A DNA stretch of 64,000 bases from Botrimarina sp. (lineage in GTDB: Bacteria; Planctomycetota; Planctomycetia; Pirellulales; Lacipirellulaceae): positions 261,668-325,667 of the forward strand of contig OZ253585.1 of the NCBI GenBank assembly GCA_965263145.1, written 5' to 3'. How positions within the stretch are numbered: position 1 is the first letter of the stretch; the number at the start of each line of letters is the position of its first letter. Under the pieces are notes generated by a model. That model made no database searches and was not told the DNA's origin. It saw nothing but the letters and a program-made list of their open reading frames with translations. Of this stretch, positions 18,936 to 27,638 are shown piece after piece. The position numbers and the translations under genes are program-made.

Positions 18936-20720
18936 GTGGATGAGATGGCACTTATCTATCTTTGGACGGATCGTTATCGCCCAGATTTCATTGTAACTCT
19001 TCGAACGAGTTATGACTGGCAGAGGGATCTTCCTGGCCTATACGTTAAAGGTCGTTGGGAATTTGATGTCCCTTGGCAGGAATATCAGTCAGGATTTGAG
19101 TTTAAGTTTGTCCTTGAAAAGTCCCTATGGATGGAGGGCCAAAATCTAGTAGTTCCTCCATCACACACTGGTGCATTGGAGTTCACGGAAGGATCCGAAT
19201 ATGAAGACGGTATCGTATTCACTGAAAATATTTTTGATTCCAGGCAAGCCTCTCTTGTAGAGAACGGATACTTTGCACAAAAGTTTCTAGTTCCAAATCT
19301 CGACTCTCAAGTACATTACGATTTGATCGTAATTGGTTCAGGGTTTGGCGGAGGTATCGTTGCAGAACAGGCTGCTGATCGTGGACTTAAAGTATTGATT
19401 TTAGAAGCAGGTTCCTATCTCTTTCCGACGCACGTTGGCAACATTCCTAGGCGTCATTCTTTAAGTGGTAATTTCAATAAGAATATCTGGTCATTATGGG
19501 ATGACTTCAAAGTAAATGCATATCGAAACTCTCCAGAATCACAATATCAAGGTGGTTTTGGAATAAACCTTGGAGGTCGTTCGATTTTTTGGGGTGCTTA
19601 CATCCCCCGAATGGAAGATTTCGAGTTTTTTGGGTGGCCAGAAGATGTCAAGACCTACCTGTTTAGTAGTGGGTACGAAAACGCTGAAAATTTAGTAGGT
19701 CGCATAGAAAGCAAAGATGATTTTACAACCAATATGAGTAATCAAATTCGTGACTCATTAGTTAATTATCTTGTTAATCCACTTCCATTATCTGTTCGCA
19801 GGGCACCCAAAAACTGGGAGGCAGTTTCGAGTGGAGTCTTTTCAACAGCTGACCTTTTAATTGAAGCAAGTTTAACCGAAGGCCCACTGGGAAGACATAA
19901 CTTAACCATGAATCTTAATCACCGTGTAACTAAGATACTTAAGTCTGGCACGAGTGTAACCGGTGTTGAATGCCACGATCTTATTGCTGACATTAATCGG
20001 CGTTTCACGGCTGACCGAATTGTTTTGGCTGCTGGCTCAATCAATAGCCCAGTAATTGCCCTTAATAGTAACCTTGAAGATCCTTCTGGAAAAATAGGGA
20101 TAGGGTTGACAGATCACCCCATTTTTTACATCCACTTTTATGTTCCTGAGGGAAGCGATTTCTACAACTCTCGTGAAGCCGCAAAGTTGATGCTACATAA
20201 CATAAGGGCATCCACGCACACACACCGCTATGTTGCGTTCGTAGACTATGGTTCAGACCTCGGGCTTAGCCGCTTTCTAGATCCGGATACTTTTGCAGAA
20301 CATCAATCTCAGAAGCAAAAAAGAGCATTATGCGAAGTGGTCTTCCAATTCAGTTCTAGATTGGTAGATACCAACAAGGTGATTCTAGATGGTGTTTCTC
20401 CCACCGTCAGCATGGTCGATTGCCCGATCTCTTCTGCTGAACTCGATGAGATAAACAGCATAGCGGACCAGGTACGTGCAAGCCTTGGTGGTGAGTGGAT
20501 TGGGGAATGGACAACCGTCAGCAGGGCAGGTCTCGGCGGCGTTGCACATGAAGTTGGCACGCTTCGTATGGGAAATGATGGCGTCGTCGACTCCAACCTT
20601 AAATTCCATCACTACGACAATCTATTTGCATGTGACCTAAGCGTATTCCCAAGTTCTCCAGCTGCCAATCCATCACTAACCTTAGCCGCGCTTGCCTTGC
20701 GCCTTGCCAATAATCTTTAA
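18936..20720 (+). CDS. GMC-family FAD oxidoreductase
   Basis: N-terminal Rossmann YDLIVIGSGFGGGIVAEQAADRGLKVLILEAG. C-terminal GMC_oxred_C-like GTLRMGNDGVVDSNLKFHHYDNLFACDLSVFPSSPAANPSLTLAALALRLA. Confidence 0.8.
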   Translation: MDEMALIYLWTDRYRPDFIVTLRTSYDWQRDLPGLYVKGRWEFDVPWQEYQSGFEFKFVLEKSLWMEGQNLVVPPSHTGALEFTEGSEYEDGIVFTENIFDSRQASLVENGYFAQKFLVPNLDSQVHYDLIVIGSGFGGGIVAEQAADRGLKVLILEAGSYLFPTHVGNIPRRHSLSGNFNKNIWSLWDDFKVNAYRNSPESQYQGGFGINLGGRSIFWGAYIPRMEDFEFFGWPEDVKTYLFSSGYENAENLVGRIESKDDFTTNMSNQIRDSLVNYLVNPLPLSVRRAPKNWEAVSSGVFSTADLLIEASLTEGPLGRHNLTMNLNHRVTKILKSGTSVTGVECHDLIADINRRFTADRIVLAAGSINSPVIALNSNLEDPSGKIGIGLTDHPIFYIHFYVPEGSDFYNSREAAKLMLHNIRASTHTHRYVAFVDYGSDLGLSRFLDPDTFAEHQSQKQKRALCEVVFQFSSRLVDTNKVILDGVSPTVSMVDCPISSAELDEINSIADQVRASLGGEWIGEWTTVSRAGLGGVAHEVGTLRMGNDGVVDSNLKFHHYDNLFACDLSVFPSSPAANPSLTLAALALRLANNL

Positions 20721-20722
20721 TT

Positions 20723-22414
20723 ATGCCTCTAAATCAACTAAATGCGAATGAGAATGTCTCGGTCCCTATCCAAAATACAGACCTTTCCATCGATGTTCTT
20801 GGGCGTTTCGCTTGCAACACACTCCAAGAAGCACTTTCTAGTGGAACTTTTGACGTAATCATCGTAGGTTCAGGAATGTATGGCAGCTATACCGCTGCCA
20901 AAATCCGACACTATCACCCTGATTTACGGATACTTGTACTCGAAGCAGGACCTTTTTTAATCTCAGAACACGTTCAAAATCTATCTCGTATTGGGTATGG
21001 CATTTTCTCACCGGTTACTGGATTACCATACATATCACCAGCCTCACACCCTGTATCCGGCCATTATTATTGTGTTGGTGGTAAGTCTTTGGGATGGGGT
21101 AAATGGTCGCCACGATTGACAGAATCTGACATCAATCAGTGGCCTAGAGATATGGCTGACTACCTCCGTGCCAACTACGCACATGTTGAACAAGAGATGG
21201 GCGTTACGCCGCGTGAAGATTTTATTTATGGAGAGCTTGCTGACGCATTAAAATTACATATTGGCAATGTTCTGAAAAATAATTCTGATTTCGATGACTT
21301 ATCACACTCAATTGCACCGATAGCCGCACAATCTACTGCACCGAGCTCGGGTCTATACAGCTTTGATGCATACAGCAGTGTAATCGCCTTAATTGACGCT
21401 ATTCGTGGTGATATCAATGAAGCAATGGGGAATGACAGTAACCGAAAACTAATGCTAGTTCCTCGCTGTCGTGCACTAGGCATCAGATTTAATAATAATC
21501 AAGCGGTGGCAGTACAAGTTACCGAAGGTCGAGCTCAACGCTATCGTGAAGTACCGATAGCACATGATGGGAAAGTAATGCTTGCTCTTGGCTCTATGGA
21601 AACAACAAGGTTGGCTTTAAACTCCATACCTGAAGGGAGAACGCGAAACTTAGCTGGTCGTAATTTAATGGCTCATCTTCGTAGTAATTTCAACATACGC
21701 GTTCATCGATCTGAACTTGGACTTGCACTCAACAGTTCGCTTCAACCTGCTGCTTTTCACATTCAAGGAGAGATCGATGGCCGAAGATACCACTTCCAAG
21801 TTCTAGCCGCAGCTGATAATACTTATCGGGTTGAATCAATTCTGTACCGAATGGTACCTGATTTAGATAGCCTAAATGCTATCCTTGCAGCGCAAAAAAC
21901 AGACTGGGTTACGCTGAGAATCTTAACCGTTGGTGAGATACTTGGATTTCCCGATAAGGCTATCCATACCCCGAATACCTACTGGTGTGATCTTTCTCCT
22001 TTTGAGCATGACAACATCGCAGGACTTTCTATACCCAAACTATATTCTCATTGGGTCCTCCGTAATGAAGATAACCAATTTTGGAATTTGATGGACGGAC
22101 GGGCGATAGACTTTTCTAAATCACTTGTAGCAAAAGAGAGAAATATAGAGTTTCAACATGCAAATGATGATTGGAGATCTAGCCCTATAGATATCGGTGG
22201 CTTTAGGGATAGCCTTGGATCGACGTTTCATGAAGCTGGCACATTATGGATGGGCTCCTCCGCAGAAACCTCTATAACCAACACTAACGGGAGCTTCCAC
22301 GAATTCCCAAATCTTTATGTTTTGGATCAATCGTTATTTCCTACCGTCGGTTCGGCCAATCCCGTTCTAACAGGTCTAACTATTTGCAAGAAAATCGCGG
22401 AATCAATTGCTTGA
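20723..22414 (+). CDS. GMC-family FAD oxidoreductase (second paralog)
   Basis: FDVIIVGSGMYGSYTAAKI with the full sequence ILVLEAGPF is the N-terminal FAD fold. C-terminal GTLWMGSS...FPNLYVLDQSLFPTVGSANPVLTGLTICKKIAESI. Starts 3 nt after the previous gene. Confidence 0.75.
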   Translation: MPLNQLNANENVSVPIQNTDLSIDVLGRFACNTLQEALSSGTFDVIIVGSGMYGSYTAAKIRHYHPDLRILVLEAGPFLISEHVQNLSRIGYGIFSPVTGLPYISPASHPVSGHYYCVGGKSLGWGKWSPRLTESDINQWPRDMADYLRANYAHVEQEMGVTPREDFIYGELADALKLHIGNVLKNNSDFDDLSHSIAPIAAQSTAPSSGLYSFDAYSSVIALIDAIRGDINEAMGNDSNRKLMLVPRCRALGIRFNNNQAVAVQVTEGRAQRYREVPIAHDGKVMLALGSMETTRLALNSIPEGRTRNLAGRNLMAHLRSNFNIRVHRSELGLALNSSLQPAAFHIQGEIDGRRYHFQVLAAADNTYRVESILYRMVPDLDSLNAILAAQKTDWVTLRILTVGEILGFPDKAIHTPNTYWCDLSPFEHDNIAGLSIPKLYSHWVLRNEDNQFWNLMDGRAIDFSKSLVAKERNIEFQHANDDWRSSPIDIGGFRDSLGSTFHEAGTLWMGSSAETSITNTNGSFHEFPNLYVLDQSLFPTVGSANPVLTGLTICKKIAESIA

Positions 22415-22459
22415 CAAGCACTGCCTGACCTATGCAGCGAAATATTTACGCATCTGAAT

Positions 22460-23511
22460 GGCCTTGTCGAACAACCTTTGATTTCACTGCGTAGAAGAGC
22501 CGGTTGAGCGGAGCTCGACCTTCTTTTCTTTAGCAGACGGAGCGAAAACGATGGTTGCTAGCAAATCGAAGCAGACCAAGTCTTACCAGGTTCACAACTG
22601 GCGTGATTATAACCGATCTTTGGTCAATCGAGGTAACATCACCTTCTGGTTTAATGAAGAAGTGATCGATTCCTGGGAGCACGACAATGCTCAGAAGAAG
22701 AACGGCTGGCCGTTTACGTACAGCAATACTGCCATCGAAACGTTACTCACCTTGCGAGAACTCTTTCGGTTGCCGTATCGCCAGACCGAAGGTCTGGGCA
22801 TGGCAATAGCCAACTTAATGCACCTCAAGCTTCGGATTCCCAGTTATACGAATCTTCAGAAACGCGCAGCGAAGATGCAAGTTGATTCGAAGTCTCGACG
22901 CTCAAAGGACCGATCACGATTGTTGTCGATAGTACCGGCCTGAAAGTCTTTGGTGAGGGAGAGTGGAAGACGCGTCAACATGGCGTCGATAAGCGACGCA
23001 CTTGGCGTAAGCTCCATCTTGCCGTCGATCCCGATTCGCAAGCGATTGTTGCTCAGCTTCTAACCGGTAACGATACACACGATGGCGATGTGGTCGAGCC
23101 ACTCGTAAAACAGATTCAACCTGAAGTCGAAGGCTTTTATGGCGACGGCGCTTACGACCAACAGAAGGTCTATCAAACGCTAAGTGAGCAAGAAATCTGG
23201 ACGATCATTCCGCCTCGTAAGAATGCCAAGATTCAGCAGCATCGCAATTCGAGCAGCGATCCGCTGGATCGTGACGAATGCCTTCGGCAGATTCGTCGCG
23301 AAGGAAAGCGTGCATGGAAAGAATCAATCGGTTATCATCGACGTAGCTTAGCCGAGACGGCCATGAGCCGATTAAAAACTAACTTTGGCGGTCGGCTAAA
23401 GAATCGAAAATTGGTAAACCAAGTTACCGAGGCGGCCCTCAGGTGCAAACTGCTCAACTGGTTCGTTACCCTTGGGATGCCGCTTTCTACTTGGTGTTAG
23501 GAAACAAGGCC
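22460..23511 (+). mobile_element. IS5-family insertion sequence, IS903-like (~1052 bp)
   Basis: Imperfect terminal inverted repeats GGCCTTGTCGAACAACC (22460-) and GGCCTTGTTTCCTAACA (reverse complement, ending 23511). These resemble the IS903 IR GGCTTTGTTGAATAAATCG. The length is close to the 1057 bp of IS903. The internal DDE transposase has IS5-family similarity. No clean target-site duplication was found. Confidence 0.7.
22551..23500 (+). pseudogene. IS5/IS903-family DDE transposase split by a -1 frameshift (22551..22943 frame 0; about 22914..23500 frame 2)
   Basis: N-terminal part: MVASKSKQTKSYQVHNWRDYNRSLVNRGNITFWFNEEVIDSWEH... C-terminal part: IVVDSTGLKVFGEGEWKTRQHGVDKRRTWRKLHLAVDPDSQAIVAQLLTGNDTHDGDV...YGDGAYD. 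The combined ~316 aa approximates the single-ORF IS903 transposase (307 aa). Confidence 0.7.
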
Positions 23512-23626
23512 GAATAAAGACAATAATTATTATTATCATTCCATACTAGAGAGCCAGTCGTCACCCATTAGGAGGACTAAGGTAACAGGTATTAAAGCAG
23601 CGGATATTATTTATTTAAGGTCAGAT

Positions 23627-26095
23627 TTGGTTGGTGACGGCAGGGAGTATAAGGATTTTTCGGTGACTCCTGTTTTAGCAGAAGGAGAGACCTTGCCGGG
23701 CGAGATTCAAAAACTTGATGATGGTCATTTTCGTTTTGTTCCAGATGAAAGTTTTACCGGCGGTGTTCTTGCCTTTGATTATAGTTTCAAGTACAAGGCA
23801 TTTCATACCCACTATGGAAGTCCAAGTGTGTATACTTATGACTATGAAACATTAACCAAAAGAAGATATTTGGACTATGGTTCACATGTTTCGATCAATG
23901 TTACTCCATTGGACGAAGAGCATGAAGAGTCAAGCATCTACAGGATCAATGGTAATTGGGATGATGACAACAGCAATGGAATTGTAGATAGCTTAGAATT
24001 TAACGTTGGTGATTCAGAAGATGACTTATTCGGATTAAAGGTGGATTTGAAGGCGCTCAGTTTTATAAATACAGATCTTGTGCCAGTGTCGCTGCAATTG
24101 CATAGGTCAGATGGCTTGTCTCCACATTTGCGTCTATGGAAAGATAGCAGTAAGAGTGAGCCTGTTTTGACGGGAATGTATAAATACGATGAATTTCCTA
24201 GAGTTATATATGTTGAGGTTCTCTCGCGTCATTTGACCGACCCTACTTCGGTGGTAATTCAAACGCACCCTAGTAGAGGTTCAGTTAAGGGTGAATATTC
24301 AGCCCTGTTATCCGTAGCTGATTCGGAAAGTAGTTTTACAAGATTCGAAACAGACTGGATGAACTATGGAATACCTCATCAGAAGCTCATAGATCTAGAC
24401 ATTGACAGTGATAATGATGGCCAGATCGGTGTTACTGAAGAAGAGAGAGAGTGGGAGGAGGAGCTTGAAGATAGTGAGTATGCCTTCGGCAAAATATTGT
24501 ATCCGACCTACACACCAGCGTATGATGGTGAAACTACTCAAACCCCACTACCTGTTCTCACACAGTTCACGCCAATGAATTTAAATCTACCTGCTGGATT
24601 AAGTGATGATTACAGAATAAAGTTTGATTACGCCATGGATGCAACAAGTGCGGGTCAAATAAAGCTATGGACTAAAATGCCTCTGACGCAAACTTACAAC
24701 CCTAACAACCCCAGTGCCTCGGGGCGTGATGGCTTGCTTGTCAGTGACTCTATTACTTCTGGTGTTAGCTATTCCCTTGATGATATCGGCTATAATGCTA
24801 CATCTGGTGCTGCCATGGTATACATAGACGGCATTAGTCCAACAAATATAAATACACTTAAACAGCTTGACGAGAATGGTAGCCCAAGCAAAAAAATCAC
24901 TGCGACTCTTACGAACCAAGATACAGGGATCTCTAGCAAAGATAGTGTTAAATACCTAGTTGTAAGGACGGACTCCCAGGTACCAAACCACCCTAAGAAT
25001 ATTTTGCATCAAATAGAATTCCGTGAAGACTTAAGTGCTGCACTATCTTCAAACGGTGTTTATGGGCGTGGGGAAGACCAATTCAAAAGCGTGCCTGAAG
25101 ACTTACCGAATTACGGCCTTAGGTTAGTTTCACGTGAAGAACTGCAAGAGTGGGGGCTTAATGCTGCTCAAGTGCAAGCGTTTAATTCTAGTAACGGAGG
25201 TGGTTCAGGGCTAAAGATGGCTCTTTATCAGGATTACACACGTGGGCCACGAGATTATATTCTTGCATTCGCTGGCACTGACTTCGAAACACCAAAGGAT
25301 TGGGTAAGCAATATATTGAATGGTATTAGGCAGCTATCTCCTCAATACGTGTATGCGGTGGGAGCTGCTAACAAACTATTTAAGGTGAATACACCCTCCG
25401 AGGGGGTAATAGGTAAGTACTTTGATTCAATCCAGTTTGCAGGGCATTCACTTGGAGGTGGATTGGCAAGCGCAGCGTCAGTATGGACAGGCGGTAAAGC
25501 ATACACCTTCAATGCGGCTGGTCTGCATATACAAACCATTAAGAACTTGCAGTACCACTACAAGTTTATGGAGACAGGCAGCTTTGACGAATATGAAAAT
25601 CAGCTATCGAGATATGCTCAAGCAGGCGATTACATCACCGCATATTATAATGAGAGCGACATCCTTTCGACATTACAAGATGGTATTACTATATTACCAT
25701 CTGCAATTGGTACGCGAGAAATATTAGCAGACCCATATTCTGGTGATGTAACCAACTCGCTTGACAATGATTTAGACATTCGATTGGCAAAGGGACTATT
25801 GATTAGTAAGCTAAACCAATCGCTGTTAAGAATAGACCCCGATAGAATATTCATTATTGATGTTGAAAGACTTTATGAAGAAAGCAAGTCATATGCTGCA
25901 TTTTACATCATGAATTATCTTATCAATGAGTTCGAAAATAATATATTCGATGTAGGGCATCCAGATGAATATGCTGGATTTGTAAAGATGATAGAGAACC
26001 ACGGAATGTACCTGTATGGCCTGCTAGATCCACAGTATTTTGGCGTTGGTAATGAAAATATATGGGGTTATGGCTTTGGTGAGGATGATGAGTAA
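23627..26095 (+). CDS. Large class-3-lipase (alpha/beta hydrolase) domain protein with an unknown ~550-aa N-terminal region. Candidate lipase/phospholipase toxin.
   Basis: DYILAFAGTDFETPKDWVSNILNGIRQ followed by FAGHSLGGGLASAASV (GHSLGG nucleophile elbow) is typical of the Lipase_3 family. The ORF begins with TTG, not ATG. It has no signal peptide, and the frame stays open back to 23519, right at the IS right end. Confidence 0.6.
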   Translation: MVGDGREYKDFSVTPVLAEGETLPGEIQKLDDGHFRFVPDESFTGGVLAFDYSFKYKAFHTHYGSPSVYTYDYETLTKRRYLDYGSHVSINVTPLDEEHEESSIYRINGNWDDDNSNGIVDSLEFNVGDSEDDLFGLKVDLKALSFINTDLVPVSLQLHRSDGLSPHLRLWKDSSKSEPVLTGMYKYDEFPRVIYVEVLSRHLTDPTSVVIQTHPSRGSVKGEYSALLSVADSESSFTRFETDWMNYGIPHQKLIDLDIDSDNDGQIGVTEEEREWEEELEDSEYAFGKILYPTYTPAYDGETTQTPLPVLTQFTPMNLNLPAGLSDDYRIKFDYAMDATSAGQIKLWTKMPLTQTYNPNNPSASGRDGLLVSDSITSGVSYSLDDIGYNATSGAAMVYIDGISPTNINTLKQLDENGSPSKKITATLTNQDTGISSKDSVKYLVVRTDSQVPNHPKNILHQIEFREDLSAALSSNGVYGRGEDQFKSVPEDLPNYGLRLVSREELQEWGLNAAQVQAFNSSNGGGSGLKMALYQDYTRGPRDYILAFAGTDFETPKDWVSNILNGIRQLSPQYVYAVGAANKLFKVNTPSEGVIGKYFDSIQFAGHSLGGGLASAASVWTGGKAYTFNAAGLHIQTIKNLQYHYKFMETGSFDEYENQLSRYAQAGDYITAYYNESDILSTLQDGITILPSAIGTREILADPYSGDVTNSLDNDLDIRLAKGLLISKLNQSLLRIDPDRIFIIDVERLYEESKSYAAFYIMNYLINEFENNIFDVGHPDEYAGFVKMIENHGMYLYGLLDPQYFGVGNENIWGYGFGEDDE

Positions 26096-27120
26096 TGAGA
26101 ATTAAGCCTAAATTCGCATTGAGTAAGTTTGTACCTGGAATCAAAATAGCCATGCTAGAGATAGCAGTTGTTCTGTCAGGAATATTGCTCAGCGGTATAT
26201 CACTTGGCCAAACTTCACAGTATCTCAGCTCTAGCAAGTGGCAGGTTACCTACCCGATTGACCTACGTAAGCACTCAGGTTTGAAAGAATCGCATAAATC
26301 TGTCACGCAAGGTGGAGCTATTATTGCTGAATCGATTTTATCAAAGCACTGGCATGACAGGACAATTATTACTCTAAAGCAACGAGTTGATATTACTAAA
26401 GCATGGGATGTTGACTATTTTTTTACGTCTAAAAAAGAAGCGATGCTATGTAGAGCAGTGAGTCGGAGAGATGTAACTGAAATGGAACGTCTCATTGCTC
26501 AGGGAGCAGACGTCAATTTCATTGGCAAAGAGGGGATGACTTTACTTTACTGGTCATTTTTTATAACCGATGATCCAAGACCTTTTCATTGTCTTCTAAA
26601 ACATGGAGCAAATCCAAATGTCATCTGTAGGTTGGATAGAGATAGATGGTTATCAAATACATATGCAAATGAAGCAGTAGTGCACTTGGTTTCACTGGGA
26701 GTTTACAATCGGTTGTTTAAGGAAGTTTTCCAGTCCGGCGGAGATCCAAATCTACCATGTGAGAATGAATTCGAATATAAGAAGAATTCCCCATTATTTT
26801 TAATCAATCCACTGACTCCAGATTGTGCTGAGAGGCTAGAAGTGCTGTTGGCTGCAGGTGCAGACCTAAAGCAAAAAAACAAGCAGAATAATTTAGGTTT
26901 TTGCTATCGCATGCTTGTAAGCAGGAATGAGATTGGATATAAGACCGCTCTGCTTGCTTACAAGAATGGTGCAGATACTGATGAACTATTGCCTTACAAG
27001 AAACAAAAGATGAAGGCATTCGATATTCTTACATCGCCAGGATTTGAGAATGACCCAGAATCCATGGCCGAAGAAAGCTATTATCACCAGCTGATGGAAT
27101 ATCTTGACAGTCGCTACTAG
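26095..27120 (+). CDS. Ankyrin-repeat protein with N-terminal signal/TM anchor. Candidate periplasmic immunity protein.
   Basis: ATGA overlap with the lipase gene stop. N-terminal hydrophobic IAMLEIAVVLSGILLSGISLG. Ankyrin consensus blocks: ERLIAQGADVNFIGKEGMTLLYWS, LLKHGANPNV, LLAAGADLKQKN and LAYKNGADTD. Confidence 0.7.
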   Translation: MRIKPKFALSKFVPGIKIAMLEIAVVLSGILLSGISLGQTSQYLSSSKWQVTYPIDLRKHSGLKESHKSVTQGGAIIAESILSKHWHDRTIITLKQRVDITKAWDVDYFFTSKKEAMLCRAVSRRDVTEMERLIAQGADVNFIGKEGMTLLYWSFFITDDPRPFHCLLKHGANPNVICRLDRDRWLSNTYANEAVVHLVSLGVYNRLFKEVFQSGGDPNLPCENEFEYKKNSPLFLINPLTPDCAERLEVLLAAGADLKQKNKQNNLGFCYRMLVSRNEIGYKTALLAYKNGADTDELLPYKKQKMKAFDILTSPGFENDPESMAEESYYHQLMEYLDSRY

Positions 27121-27357
27121 AGGTTTAATAGCAGCCACATAACCAAAAAATTAGAGTGGTATCGCCACAGACTTAACACTCTGAGGGTGGACTCGGTTGA
27201 AGGAGGTTGACCAGCACCATGGTAGGCCTGCTAGTCTGACTTTGACTTATTGATTATATTTTCAGGGTGACCATATAGGTGACCGGCTAGCAAGAGAAGC
27301 TGGCGAGACTGTTAGCTGGGGGTCGTTAAGTCACAGCTAAGAAAGACTTTAAGGAAG

Positions 27358-27430
<73 letters not shown>

Positions 27431-27638
27431 TATTGAGAAGTACGACATTGTATCGTTATGCCTAGGTTCACTTCTAGCCCTTATCTTTCGCCGTTTTTGT
27501 GGTTAGGCCGTAGTGTGATTGCTTGATCTTTGGTCCTGCACAAGCACTTCATCAAAGCCCTTTCTATTTGTCTACTGGCAAGGCTGGTAGGGTATACTGC
27601 TGCTTGTTTCGATTTGCCTTTAGCACATGGTCAGATAG

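Noticed and set aside
22451-23520. Target-site duplication flanking the IS903-like element
   Set aside because: The flanks CATCTGAAT and GAATAAAGA share only GAAT. No convincing 9-bp TSD was found, so none is claimed.
27121-27357. Direct repeat GGTGACC...GGTGACC and short similarity (GGACTCG) to the tRNA-Lys 3' region, considered as a possible att site
   Set aside because: The matches are only 7 bp. That is too short to call an attachment-site repeat without the other island end.
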